64,000 bases of DNA from the human T2T-CHM13v2.0 reference genome, Homo sapiens: assembly GCF_009914755.1 (NCBI RefSeq), contig NC_060940.1, one strand, 5' to 3'. Positions 1 through 18,916 of this stretch are shown in pieces. A program made the position numbers and the translations under genes. Under the pieces are notes generated by a model. The model did no database searches. It was not told the origin of the DNA and saw only the letters and a program-made list of their open reading frames with translations. How positions within the stretch are numbered: position 1 is the stretch's first letter; each line of letters starts with the position of its first letter.

Positions 1-1505
<1,505 letters not shown>

Positions 1506-1509
1506 CACA

Positions 1510-2750
<1,241 letters not shown>

Positions 2751-3504
2751 GTCGAATAATGAGTGCTTAGAGCTTGGCAGGATGGGGAGACTGGAAGGTA
2801 CCTTGGGAAAACAAAGCAGGAGCTAACGAGAATAGAAGCTGGAGAAGTGAATCCTCAGCACAGCAAATGGTAAGGAACATGGAAAAGCACATGGCATGTC
2901 TGAGAAACAGAGTAACCTGAAAGAGAAGAACCGAGGAAGGAGAGAAAATGGAGTAGAGAGACTGGAAAGAAAGGCAAGGACCAAATCATGGCAGGGGAGG
3001 AGGGGGTTATGCTCCTTTCAAGGTGTTTAGATTTGATCTTAGAAAAGGGGAACCACTGGTAAATCAATAGCATGTAACATGATCAGAACTGTGTATTAGA
3101 ATAAGTCTGTGGAGAAATAACTAGACAGGAGAAAGTTCAGTGGTAAAGATAAAAACTTACTGGAAAGGCTCAGTTGGGACTCGCCTGAACTACGTCAGTG
3201 GCAGTAGAATAAAGGGGAAAAATGCAGTGTGTGTCAACAGCTCTATGAGAATTTTGAAGGAGAAGTTATCAAGCTTGGATCCAGTTTGAGTGAAGAGGAG
3301 GATAGTAGTGCCATTATTTCTAGAAAAAATGCAGGAGCAACCAATCTAAGAAAGAAATGCTAAGGGTAAGATGCCTGTAGGATTTCTAAGTAGAAATTCC
3401 AGTAGGGAGGTGGAAGTCAAGGAATGGAACTGGAATCAAAAGAAAAGTGGAGGCTAGTGGGGGAATTCAGCTCAAAAAATCAAGGCGTGGAAAATCCTGA
3501 TAAG

Positions 3505-3652
3505 AGCGGCAGTTCTCACTTAGCTTGCATCACGATCACCTACCTAAAGGGCTTGTTTACCAGAGTTTCTCCTTTACTCGGTGTGGAGTAGGGACCAAGA
3601 ATTTGCATTTCTAACCAGTTCCCAGGTAATACTGATGCATTAATAACCACTG
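3505..3652. mobile_element. MER5A-like hAT MITE
   Basis: caagaatttgcatttctaaccagttcccaggtaatactgatgc core. Confidence 0.65.
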
Positions 3653-3948
3653 GGGTAGAGCAAAAGAAGAGGAGCCCTAAGAGGAACCCTGAAGAATGCT
3701 GTGGCGAGGAGCAAAGTCTGAGTTGCTTGGTAACTCTTAAAATCAGAATAACCCTGTAACTCCAGGCACAGTGGGGAGACAAGCTAAGTTCCAAATCACA
3801 GCCCAAACCGCAGTAAGAGGAAAAATACTGTCCAGGGCTTTACTTCATTTTGCTGCCTATCAATGAAGAGTTACATGCAAATTTCTTAAAAGCAGGTACC
3901 AAGAAAACATTCTATAGCAAAAATGTTAGAATCTTAAGAGCTGATAGC

Positions 3949-3980
<32 letters not shown>

Positions 3981-4303
3981 CCTATGGCATAGTATATCTT
4001 CCTGAATGTCATGATAAGATGCCAAAAAGGCTACTTAAAGAGGTCACAGTCAGTCCTAAATCTCAATAAGAGGTTTTCCCAACTAAACTATGGATATATC
4101 TTTGCCTAAAACAGTAAGAGCTGCCTTCTTCTAGGAAAATATTACTATAAGATTTTTACCATTATACCATCATTAAAAAATCATGTGTATTTTACCACAA
4201 TTTAAAAAAAAATGTATATCATTATATAATAGACAACTAAAAAGGTAGACTATAGTTAAACCTGCAAACCCAGGTGGCATTATGGAAACAGGAGCTCCCT
4301 TAC

Positions 4304-4448
4304 CTCTTTGACTGAGAATTCCTTCAGGCCTAAATATTTCGGGAGTCTCAAAGGCAAAAATGCAGTCGCTTTCATGGACTGTTTCCAGGTCGTCTGTATC
4401 ACAAAAGGAACGATGGAACCCATCATAGTACATTTCTGTTAACACAAT
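4304..4448 (-). CDS. USP31: USP31 coding exon 6 (IVLTEMYYDGFHRSFCDTDDLETVHESDCIFAFETPEIFRPEGILSQRG)
   Basis: Acceptor TTCCTATTTTTAG|, donor GAG|GTAAGG; 145 nt; in frame with exon 5. Confidence 0.93.
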
Positions 4449-4639
4449 CTAAAAATAGGAAAAATGTAAACAGGTGGGTAACTGGAAATTCGATACTAAT
4501 TGATCTCCCAATTCTATGAACTTCTCCAGACCATCAGGACTGGCAGTGGTCTGAGAGACATCTCGCAGAGCCCACTTTATTTGCCTTTAATGAGAGAATC
4601 CTGGAAGCACAGTACCCTCTGTAATTATATAACAATATA

Positions 4640-5041
4640 CAGTCACCCCTCCATATCTGTGGGTGCTACATCTGTGGATTCAACCAACTGCAGATCAAAA
4701 ATATTCAGAAGAAAAAAAAAGGATGATTGAATGTATACTGAACAGAGTCTATTTTTTCTTGTCATTATTCCCTAAACAATATAGCATAACAACTATTTAC
4801 ATAACATTTACACTGTATTAAATATTGTAAGTTATCTGGAGATGATTTAAAGTATATTGGAAGTACAATTATTATGTATCCATAAAATAAAAAGTAAAAA
4901 TAAATAAAGTATACAGGATGATATGCTTAGGTTCTATGTAAATACTGTGCCATGTTATAAAAGGGATTAAAGCACTGTGGATTTTGGTATCCTAGTGCAA
5001 GGGTTCCTACAACCAATCACATGGACACTGAGGGACACCTG
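4640..5041. mobile_element. MER2 (Tigger-family MITE)
   Basis: TA|CAGTCACCCCTCCATATCTGTGGG ... GGACACTGAGGGACACCTG|TA termini with TA target duplication. Confidence 0.8.
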
Positions 5042-5577
5042 TACTCTGATGCAGAACTCTATGACTCTAACTCCAGAGTTTCTCTAAGTTTTAGTGTAGA
5101 AGAGAACCAGGAGATCATAATGTCTAACCTCCGTTTCACTGAAAGAAGAGAAGCCAAGAGACTTGCCTAAAGTTCTACAACGATTCAGCCTCATGTCAAG
5201 GACAGAGTCCACATCTGACTCTGAGGCTTTCTCCCATATCATTTAATTTTCTATTTTTCAAGCCTAAACCACGGATATTTGTATTGAAAAAAAAAATCAA
5301 CTCAAATGTCCAAAAATACTAACTAGTTAAATGTAGTATAGCCTTACTGGAATTATAAAGCTACTAAAAAGAATAAACTATATATATTTGCACTAACATG
5401 CAAAAATCTAAGTAAATACAAAGCAAGGTAAAAATAATATGTGTAAATGATTCTACTTATATAAAATAATGTATATATGCATGGAAAAAATCTAAATGGA
5501 TACTATATAACACAGTATTAAAGTCAGTAACCCTTCGCATTAAGATACCTAGTATGAGATACTTCCTCTTTCTGTTA

Positions 5578-6151
<574 letters not shown>

Positions 6152-7425
6152 CTACCAGCACTAACATTCTGCAAATCTACCAGGTAAAAGGGGTCGGTGG
6201 TATATTCCACAAATAGTCCAGCAAAAATGTTCCTGGCACATTTTCCTTCTAATGAATTTAATGACCATGTTGTTTTTCTGCCGGTGAACAAGCAAGTAAA
6301 ATTCACTCTCTTCAGCAAACTGAGGTCAACAGCAAACTTGTAATTATTTCACCAATTTAAACCACATGCAAAAGGAGCCAGACAGTGCTGGAAGCTCTAA
6401 AGATGCAACCAGATTTGCCCTGGACACCACCGAAGCCTCGCTCCCTCCCTTTCTGCCTTTCCCTCATCCTGAAGAGAAGAAAGAGCCAATGGGCTTTTCA
6501 GAGTAGGAAAGAATATGAACATTTTATCAACATGCCAGTACTTGGCCTGCAAAAATATGAGATATTTGCCATATTAGGGCAACACTGCTGGCTGTATTTG
6601 TTTTACTGTGGTAACTTCCCAAATGAGGCCACATGAGGCCAAAGTACAAAACACCTTTATTATTCCAGGGATTACACAGTAGCTTCCAGAAGCTACTATC
6701 TAGGGAAAGCAATTTAGCTACGGAGTCATCTTTCCTTAATAAATCTTAAGTAAGGAATGTTTTTCCAAATAAAATAATAATAGTAAATTGAGTAAAAGCT
6801 ATATGCAAAAACATGTCAAGTCCAAACAGGTCAAAAGTATTTTTGGTCAATTTCAACATAACTGCTTATCAAACATTTACCCCAAAAAGGGATGCGGCAT
6901 GGGCACAACTTTCCTTTCTCTTCTCTAAACAAGGTAAGAGACTCTGGTCCAGCCGTAATGAGAAAACAAAACGTATTGAGCATCTATTACGTACAGAACA
7001 TTGTACTAGCAAGATATCCACTCTTATCATCACAATGGGAAGGGGTTTTCTAGCGTCACTGCTCAAGTTTTCAAAGCCTCTTTGACTATCTCAAACACTG
7101 CGAGGACGCTCCACTGCCCACATACACATCCACAGGAATGATTTAAGAAGGGTTAAGTAATTATACCTTATGAACAAAGCTACAAGAAGGTCTTGGTGTA
7201 AAGTCACAGCTTCTTTTAAAATTATATACACAATTAAATGAAACATGAAAAGTTTCTATATACATTTTAGTCTTTGGGGCCTTGATTTTTTTCCCTAAAC
7301 TCTAAATGCAACTGGTTTTAAATCTCTATCCAACCATACTTGGCAAAGAACTGTAAAAAATTCTAAGAGAACAGAAAGCAATACTTTTGTGGCTCATGTG
7401 TAACTGGTCTTAGCAGACTTATTAC

Positions 7426-7561
7426 CTGATCAGTGGGGATCTTTGTTTCCATAGACACTGCTTCCCGAAGTCTGGCGACAGTCCCAGACAGAGGTACGGC
7501 CACACCAATCCTCATGCAGTGAGAACATTTGCCTTGATACACTACAGTGACATAGAGAGGC
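7426..7561 (-). CDS. USP31: USP31 coding exon 5 (PLYVTVVYQGKCSHCMRIGVAVPLSGTVARLREAVSMETKIPTDQ)
   Basis: Acceptor TGTACAG|, donor CAG|GTAATA; 136 nt restores phase 0; likely start of the insert that splits the catalytic domain. Confidence 0.93.
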
Positions 7562-8197
7562 CTGTACAGATCAAAGTCAGATCTTCTCATTAGTCACTTA
7601 TTTCAACTAAAATATAGAAGATGCAAAATAAACCTGAGACGAAATCAACAAAAAACTAAAGCTAACCCACACTGTTACTCGGAAGCCCAAATGGAAAAAT
7701 TTCACTTGGCTCTAAGCAGAACTGTCAAACAATCATCAAGATCTTTGGAAAAGGCAATCTTCATAAAATGAACATTCTATGAAGCAAACAAAAATATATC
7801 TACACTTGATTCTGTGCTTTGTATTTTCTTTAGAACAGCATAACTCCTGGAAATGTTGAGAAATTGTTCAAAATAAAGCAACGAAGAAACAAGAAATGTA
7901 AAGTAAGGTCTCTAGAGAATCCTGAAGTCACTCAGCAGCCCCCGTCCCCCAACCCCGATACTATGTGTGGATGACGAACTGGGCCAGACTACACAGCCCC
8001 TGCTTGCCTCATGTGCCTGCTCACCCTGCAAACTCAGGAGGGCATTTATTCTTGTAAGGTTGTAGCAATGACTGTATTCAATCCCATTATTAATCCCATT
8101 ACCTGTCTAAATAAGTAAGAAGACCTAATAGGAGCCTACAGAGGCAAAGGGATACCATAAGAAAATACAGTCTTCATTTTACTAAATCCATTCTTAC

Positions 8198-8290
8198 CTT
8201 GTGTGGGGCAGAGGAATTGGCAAAGAAATGCAAAGGAAAGGATCAAAAGTGTTGCTCTGTTTCTGACAATGAGGACACGTCAAAGAAGAT
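8198..8290 (-). CDS. USP31: USP31 coding exon 4 (SSLTCPHCQKQSNTFDPFLCISLPIPLPHTR)
   Basis: Acceptor TTTTGAAG|, donor AAG|GTAAGA; CxxC of the USP finger zinc ribbon and FDPFxxxSLP motif; 93 nt, phase 2-2. Confidence 0.94.
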
Positions 8291-8383
8291 CTTCAAAACA
8301 AAAAGGTAAGACGCTTGACATTAAAATCACCCAGAACGATGTCAGGTAAACAAAATAAGTGGAAACATCCGATTTTCTCATAC

Positions 8384-8472
8384 CTGTATTGCGCTTGAAA
8401 GAGTTCTTGTACAAAAGTGCTACAGACAGGGAAAGATGGTCCCTCAGGCATCATATCAGTCTCTGATGGTGG
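8384..8472 (-). CDS. USP31: USP31 coding exon 3 (PPSETDMMPEGPSFPVCSTFVQELFQAQYR)
   Basis: Poly-T acceptor TTTTTAG|, donor CAG|GTATGA; 89 nt; FVQELFQAQYR matches the USP 'I.xLF.G.L.S' segment. Confidence 0.93.
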
Positions 8473-8815
8473 CTAAAAAAAAAAGAAAGTACAACTTCAC
8501 AGACTAGAAAGACCAATTCTTGGTTGAAGATGAAGCTAGAGAATCACATATGATCTTGACTTCCTTTACAAGCTATGCATCAAGTGCAGATACTTCAGTG
8601 ACGGGCACCTGCTAAAGGAGCCAGAACACAGCAGTAGGATGTGGGTCACGTGGACTCATCCCCTCACACAGACTCTGCCAGCAATCGTCTCTGCACAGCA
8701 CTCAGCCGGGCAGCTCCCCTTCCCCAGGATGCTCCAGTTCCCCTCCAATTCTCAAAGCCCCCATCCCAATCTCCTCTAATAAGTAATCCCCAACCACTTT
8801 AAAAGTACTAATATT

Positions 8816-9112
<297 letters not shown>

Positions 9113-10030
9113 GTACTAATGCTTCCCATGCCTAAATTCCCTAGTACCTATTACCTGTGCTCTGTATGTTGGTGCCTAATCACACTCTACTTCATGTTGT
9201 ATTTAACTTTTCATGTCCCTCCGCCTAACAATTAGTTACTGAGCACCTGCTACCACATGCAGAGAGCACTGTACAGAACATTAGGATACAAAGATAATAA
9301 GACCCAGTGCCTGACCTTGAGGATGTCTCAATTTGGTGGGAGAGTCAGCCACACGCATATAGTCATATGACAGAATAGAGTGTTCAGGCACAAAAGGACC
9401 TTGAATCAGAATAATTTAAAACTTACCAAACTTAGAAATTTAAAATTTGAAGTACAGAGAAGAATTATCAAAAACTTTAAAAGCTGCCCAAGGGAAGCAA
9501 CTCTTTAGTCTAATTTTTTTCCATTATATAAGTCATTTTACCCATATTTGTAAGACTACATGTATAAAATTAAGAATTAATTGCTATGTTTCTCAATAAG
9601 AACATTCTGGGGCTACTATGGTCAAATCCAATCCCAACAGCAGAGAAAATCCATACGTTTCCTTTATGATTGTGTATTCATTCCAGTGAACTACAGAGTA
9701 TGTGTCTTACTAGAATAGAAAGCAAACATATTCTGCTTTAAAAACAGTTTAGTGAAATGGAATCACTTTTTTTAATCTGAAGCTCATCATACATGCAAAT
9801 GTTTCCCCTCTCATTAGACTATAAATTCCTTGCGGACAACAGCTCTTGTATCTTACACTGCCAGCACAGTAGTAAACAAAATGAAATGTCCTTTAAGTAG
9901 CCACTGAATCTTATACTCACCCAGAGCTTAGTCAATTTCATTGTATTAACGCAATGCAACAAGTCCTCAGTAGAAGAATCTACACACTCTCATGGCTGGC
10001 TGACTGCCCTAGGGCAGCATGCGTCCTTAC

Positions 10031-10168
10031 CTTCAGAGGAGGCTGGCCACTCTGCTTCACTGAATGGTTGAGGTCTTCATGAACTCGGTCCAAAAGCCAC
10101 AGCAGAAACTCCTGGGCATCATGTTGGGAATTTCCCCGGTACTGCAGTGCATTCTTTGACACAATAGT
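10031..10168 (-). CDS. USP31: USP31 coding exon 2 (TIVSKNALQYRGNSQHDAQEFLLWLLDRVHEDL...PPLK)
   Basis: Acceptor TTTACCTGCATAG|, donor AAG|GTAAGG; USP QHDAQEFL box; 138 nt, phase 0-0, in frame with exon 1. Confidence 0.96.
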
Positions 10169-10929
10169 CTATGCAGGTAAATAAATCACCATGAACAGCT
10201 GTGAGTTCCTGGCTTTAAAGAAAAACTATTTATTCATAATCGCAAAAGGGATGCAAGATCTCAAGGGTGTTAGAGAATACTTCCCAGAAGGAGTGCAAAG
10301 TAAAAACAGATGCCAGTGTAAAAACCTCACCCCTAGAAACATGTACCAGAACCCTTAAAATACACTTAATCCAGCAATCTTACTTTTAGGAGTGTATCTA
10401 AAGACATCATCAGAACAGCCTGTCAAGACTTCTAAGAAAATATTAATCAAGGTTTATAAAAGCAAATAATTGGTAATAACTTGGACATCTTAAAAAAGAG
10501 AATTGGTTAAGAGTAGGAGGAGATGAAACAGTAAAAACAGTTAAATTATGATACAACTACATGACATCCTTAAGAAATACTATATAAGTGAAAAAAGGTT
10601 ATAAATAAGTAGTGTGAAATGTGAATGTATTCTTGTAAAAATCATTTAGGGGGGTGTAGACATATACATACAAAGAAAAAGTTCTAAACACATACCTACA
10701 TATTAAGTATTATCTCTGGGTGATAGAATAACAGGTGCTTTTTTTCCTTCTCACTTTTCATATTTTCTACAATGAATACATGTTACATAACAAAGCAGTT
10801 AAAAGTTTTGTTTCAAACTTTACAAGATTGATTTACATTGCTTTTGCTAAAATGCTAAACTTTTATTATGTAAGATACATAACAACTTCAAGATTCATCA
10901 CTCATCAACAAAGACTTAATAAGTGTCTA

Positions 10930-12190
10930 AGATACTAACAGCCTAGTGAGGGGGACAGGGAGAAAGTCCACGCTTACAGTGTAGCTAATGGGATGGTGGT
11001 GATGGATGCCAAGTTTCTCATAGTCAGAGAGGGAAGTTACAGATAAGCAAGGAGGGAAGGCAATGAATCAGCTGAAGTTGGTATAAACTCCTATTTTCTT
11101 AACATAGAGATGAACAGATAAATAATTACAGATATTTATATAAACTTGGGTTCACATCCATATATCTGTACACTGAAAGGCGAAGAAGTAGTGACACCCC
11201 AGTAACAACGTGCACATCCAGTGCCCATATCTTGGTTTCTAATACCATTTTCCAATATAAAACTAGGGCTCCTTGGAGAAATGGCCCTTTCGAGGACACT
11301 GGGACACGGGACATGTCAAAGGGACACAGGAACCAATCTAAAAGAACTCCCAACAGCCAAAGCTGGAACAATCTGATCAACAGAATAAACAATATTGAGT
11401 TATAACCCAAAGTATAAAAAAGTATAAATTGATATAATTAAATGACTGAATGAACAAATAGGGAGAAGAGGCAAATCTTCCTTACAGAGGAATTCCAAAT
11501 AATTTATATCAATAATCCCCCCTCCAGGAGGTAGAGCTTACCACCCCTACACCTTGAATGTGGCTTGTGATAGTGACTTACTTCCAAAGACAGGAGAATG
11601 GAAAGAGGAGTAGAAAGTAACTTATAGTTACTAACAAAGTAACTAACACTACTTCAGAGAGCTGAGCAAGGTTGACATCACCAGTGGTAAGTCAGGTTGC
11701 TAGCATGTGCACTTGATATGTGATGAAAAGAACATTTAACCTCTGGTCTTCCTCCCAAAAACCCATGGCCTCAGTCTAATCATAAGGAAAACATCAGACA
11801 AAACCCAAACTGAGGGACATTCTACCAAAAAAAAAAAAAAAAAAATGTGACTGGTACTTCTCAAAACTATCAAGGTCAAGGATAAGAAAAGTCTGAGAAA
11901 CAATAACAGACCAGAAGAGACTAAGATGATGTGACGACTAAATGCAATGTGTTATCCCATGGGAGCCTGGAACAGAAAAAACGCACAAGAGACTAACTGG
12001 GGAAACCTGAATAAAGTATCAAATTTAATCAATAGTAATGTACCAATGTTAGCTTCTTAGTTATAACAAATGCACTACAGTGACATAGGATATTAACAAA
12101 AGGGAAACTGAGTTGGGCTTCGTGGAAACTCTATGCTACCTTTGCCACTTTTCTGTAAATCTAAAACTATCCTAAAAGTTTATTTAAATA
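10930..12190 (+). mobile_element. L1MC-like 3' end
   Basis: aaacccaaactgagggacattcta...aatgtaccaatgtta...ttttctgtaaatctaaaacta typical of L1MC 3' UTR. Confidence 0.7.
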
Positions 12191-12829
12191 CGAATATATA
12201 TATTTACAAACTTTCTATAAATATAAATATGGCAGTTGTGTATATGTGTATCATGGGAAAAGAATAGAGGCTAATTAAGAAGAGGACGGTGGTGTTAACT
12301 AACAGACAAGAAACCCTTCCAGGAGATGTCATTTGAGCTGGGCCTTGAAGATTAAGAGGCAGGGATTCAAGGCTGAGGAAGCAACATGCACAAACAAAGA
12401 TACAATATGACACCTTCAAGGAAGACCAACAAGGTAGAAATAGGCCTGAAATTCCAGGTCTATTAGACAGAATGGGAGGAGATCAAACAGTAAACAGATT
12501 AGGCAGAGTAGGAGGAGATGAAACAGTAAAGTCAGAGGCCAGCTCAGGAAAGATTTTAAAGGCCAGTCAAACATGGCACAGGGAGCCGTAAATGAACTGG
12601 TAAATTAAGATCACGGGCTCTGGACCATACAGCCTGAGTTCAGATCTCTGTTGCCCCACTTCCTATTTGTGAGGCCTGGGACTACTCTCCTCCAAAGTAA
12701 AATGGATAATAATGACTCAGTGTGATGAATAGATTTTGAGAATGCATGCCAAACATTTCACTTGTAAATGAGATATAACCAGCACTCAAATTTTAGCCAT
12801 ATTATATATGGGAGTAAAGAGAAATCAGG

Positions 12830-13152
12830 GGGCCGGGCGCAGTGGCTCACACCTGTAATCCCAGCACTTTGGGAGTCCAAGGAGGGTGGATCACGAGGTC
12901 AGGAGATCGAGACCATCCTAGTTAACATGGTGAAACCCCTTCTCTACTAAAAATACAAAAAATTAGCCAGGCGTGGTGGTGGGCGCCTGTAGTCCTAGTG
13001 ACTTGGGAGGCTGAGGCAGGAGAATGGCGTGAACCCGGGAGGCAGCGCTTGCAGTGAGCCAAGATCGTGCCACTGCCCTCCAGCCTGGACGACAGAGCGA
13101 GACTCCGTCTCAAAAATAAATAAATAAATAATTAATTAAATAAAAATAAAAA
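12830..13152 (+). mobile_element. AluY/Sc-type
   Basis: GATCACGAGGTCAGGAGATCGAGACCATCC and GAATGGCGTGAACCC diagnostics. Confidence 0.9.
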
Positions 13153-14237
13153 AGACAGAAAGCAGGGGAGGTAACTGTACAATGGGAGAGTAGTTAGGAA
13201 ACAAACTAAAGAGGCAAGAAATAATGACAGTCTAAGCTAAAGCAGTGAGGACAGAATGGGAAGGCAGATTTGGGAGAGATTTAGGAATTCAAGTGGTAGA
13301 ATCAATAGGATTTGTGACCTAATGAATGTGGAGAGGGAGGAAGGAGGCATTAATGTCACTCAGGTGTCCTACCTAGATGATGAGCAACTGGTAGTACCCT
13401 GCATCAAGACAGAAAATAAAAAAGGAGGAAGTCCAGGAAAGAGTTCGCGGAATGAGTCCCCCCTTTCGAATCCATTGTAGCTGAAGTTCTACAGAAGCTC
13501 TGAATGGAAGTTATCTGGTAAACAACTGAAAAATACAGATCTGTGGGCTCACTGCAGGAGTCTATGCTAAGGACAAAGATTTGGAATTCAACAGATGGGG
13601 GGTGGTGGTAGAAACCTCAACTAAGGCTGAGAGTGCTCAGACATCATCTATGAGAGACTGAGCCAGAGGACAGAATGCAGAGGTAACCTATATTTAGGTG
13701 GGAGGCTCAAAGAAGCCCAAGAAAAAAACCATCAAAGATGTTGTGAGAAAATCAGGAGAATGGTGTCCAAGAGTCAAATGAAGAGAGCTTCATGAAGAAA
13801 AGGGTGATCAACAGTGTGAAATGTTGAAGAATGATAAAGGAGGCCAGAGAACTAAAAACTGTCTACTATATTCCAATTAAGACAACGATAACAGAGGTGA
13901 AAAGAAGGAACAGATTTGCGATTTGCATCACAATCTGATGATCAGTTTGATCTGAATCAACAAGAAAATATTCATTTATAGATCTTGAGATTCAGATTCG
14001 GGAGGAAAAAAACAAAGGGATATCACAGAGAATATGGAGGTGTCACTGACACAACTTACTGAATAAAATGAACAAGGGAGAAGGATCCTGATAGCAACAA
14101 AGTTTCAAATACCTGGAAGGGACCACTGGATGCCATCTCAGAAACAGGTACACAAGGAGGAACAGGCATGATGGGAAGTCTTCATCATGGTACAAAACCT
14201 CCCCACTAAATCACCAAATTCAAGTGCTTTTTTCTCA

Positions 14238-16138
<1,901 letters not shown>

Positions 16139-17359
16139 TTAAAAGAGGCTGCAGAGGAACTGGCCTTAAACAGAAGGTCGGTAGGAGAGATGGAAGAGAA
16201 GGAGGTAAAGATAGTCCTGCATGCAGATAAGCCAGAGACAGGAAGGCAGGGAACCTGGTTTTTTGAGTTTATTTTGTAAAGAAAGTAGAGGACAACTGCC
16301 AAGAAGAGCTCTTAGGTGTAACAGGGGTAATGACAATCTCATGGCATAGAGTTGGGCCACACAAACTGTCAGAAGTACAGCAAGCTTCTGTCCTGAATCC
16401 TCTCTCTTAACTGACTCCCAATGGGGAAAAAATAGGAAAAAAAAAAAAAAAAAGAAAGTTTCAACATAGACATTCCAAACAAATTAACTGAAATCAAACT
16501 CTTCATTGTATTTCAAAGCAGATATTTTATACACAGCATCCATTCAGATTTCAGGGTGGAGACTACGTTCAATTATCAAGACTGCATTAAATTTGTTTAC
16601 GCTTCTGTCCACGATCACTTCAACTCATCCACACTTATCCACCAACTGCTGTGTTCTAAGGCAGAGTGCCAAGGCTGCTCAACAACATGTTTGTTGGGCA
16701 CGACCCAACAGGTAACAGAACGTCCACAATACTCGTAACTAGGGCAAAAACCATTCTGGGTCAACCCCACCCTAAATCACTATATCAGACCCTAAAGGAA
16801 ATTTAAGGAAAAGAAAATCTTAATAACACAAACACAAAAGGTCCTCTTTCTGCCTCTTTTTACCCCTCACAATGGTAACTTATTCCCACTGCAGATACTC
16901 CCCAGACAAAACAAAACATAGAAGAATCTAACGGCCAATCCTTTAGTATGTATCACAGAAAAAAGAAAAGCAGTAGGAGTCAAGAATCCTAAGCTCAAGC
17001 TCCGGCTCTGCCACAAACCACTGGTTATCAAGAGGCAACTCACTGAACCTGTGATTCGAATCCTGGTTCATCAAATGAGCAGATAAGACCCCTGCATCCC
17101 AAATCTTCACCCAAGCCCTTCTCCAAGAGTCCCGGAAAGTGATCTGGTATACGTTTTTGGTCACATCTGATGTTGCTTTGATTTGCCTTTTACGATTTTT
17201 TTTCATAATTAAACCTTAGTTTATTTGATGTCCTAAATTAATCTTTCTGTATGTTTGCAGTTTTGAAAAAGTTGATTATCAATGTCCTCTGTAAATAGAA
17301 GCATTGCTACAATCTGAGAAATTATTTAAGTATGTCATTTCTATAGAAAATAGAATGTG

Positions 17360-17520
17360 GGCCAGGTGTGTTGGCTTATGCCTGTGATCTCAGCACGTTG
17401 GGAGGCCAAGGCAGGAGGATGGCTTGAGCCCAGTTCAAGACCAACCTGGGCAACATATCGAGACCCTGTCTCTATTTAAAATAAATAAAAAGAAAATAGA
17501 AAAGAAAAGAAAAAATAGAA
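17360..17520 (+). mobile_element. Alu left monomer (FLAM-like)
   Basis: Left arm only, followed by an A-rich tail. Confidence 0.8.
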
Positions 17521-18916
17521 CATGCACCTTCTTAAAATTAATCTTACATATTTGTGTCTATTTTACAGAATGTGGGTATAGTGTTTCTGTTTGGAAAAAA
17601 ATATTAAACTGAGTCTCTTGGTCTCCTGACTTAAATCCTATACATCCTACTATAAACACATTTGACCCCTGCTCCTATTATCCCCTCACTTGGGATGATC
17701 CTTAGCATATAGTTACTAAATAATAAAGTAAAAGGCAAAACACTTACCGGGTTTTCAAGTTTCACAAAATTTCTCCTTACCCTTCAAAGAGAGAATGTTT
17801 TTATTTTTTTCCCTTAAAGAAAAAAAAAAAAGAGTTGGAAACATGGGTCAGAAAAGAGCCATAAAATTAGACATGAGGGTCTTTCTTCCTGTAGAGCCCT
17901 AGTAAAGAGGTCGAAGCATCCCAGGCTCCAGGGAAAAGATACTGACTGATCCAAGACATCCTTCACCTAACCCCAGGAAGAAGAAGAAAAAGCAATGGTC
18001 GGTCACTGGTGATTTCCACCCATGGGAAATGGATGTGGCAATACTGGTCTGACATGAATGACTGGAAGTTGGGCTCCTCTTTTGGGAAGAAGGGTAGCTT
18101 GCAAGACTCATCAAACCCAATCATTGCCCACTTTCTTTGATTCTATGCCAGAAGAAACACAAAATTTGTTTCCAGTGATCATGGACAAAAACAAAAACAA
18201 ACAAACAAAAAAAACAGAAGAACTCAGGAAGACAATAGTATTTACATTTTTAGAAAAAGAAATAGATGAAATGCAAACAGCTGGGTGGTATCTAAAAGTG
18301 AAATCTGGTTTATGGGCTGCTGCTGGAAATAAAATAATAAGCACTTGTCTTGAGAAAAGTTTCATCTTTTGAATTTTACTTTCAGGACGCCTACTAAGTT
18401 GATGAAGAATAATTAGCTAAAACATAAGGGATAAAATTTGTACAAATAGATGAACACTGTAAAAACAGATACGACTCATGAAAAAATGGTAATATAGTGT
18501 CCATGCAATAGTATGACATACTAGGACACAGAATAAATAGGGCCTTCTGTGCCCTTCATCCATTCTTCCTCCTTATCTTCTCCTCTGAGGGGAGAGGAGA
18601 CAAATAAGACTGAGAGGCCCCTAATATTTGCTGGCTGGGGCAAAAGGCCCTTGAAAGGGACCCTAAGGCCTCTAGGCTTTCATATGTACTTCCCCTAGGG
18701 CTGGAATGCCCTCCACCACACCCTTCAAACCACTCTCCCTCCTCAGAAAGATAAGCAGGGGACCCTGGTGGGAGAGGAGAAAGAAATGAGGCACAGGGAA
18801 AGGGGGCTTCCATCCAGGATGGAAAGACAACCTGATGAGGACAGGAGCAAATGCCACACACATTCCTTGGACTCTGTTCACATTTGGCCACAGAGAAAAG
18901 CATGTTATTCCTGGTA

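Noticed and set aside
13905-13960. Possible C/D snoRNA boxes (TGATGA...CTGA)
   Set aside because: Boxes are too close, there is no terminal stem, and they lie antisense to the host gene
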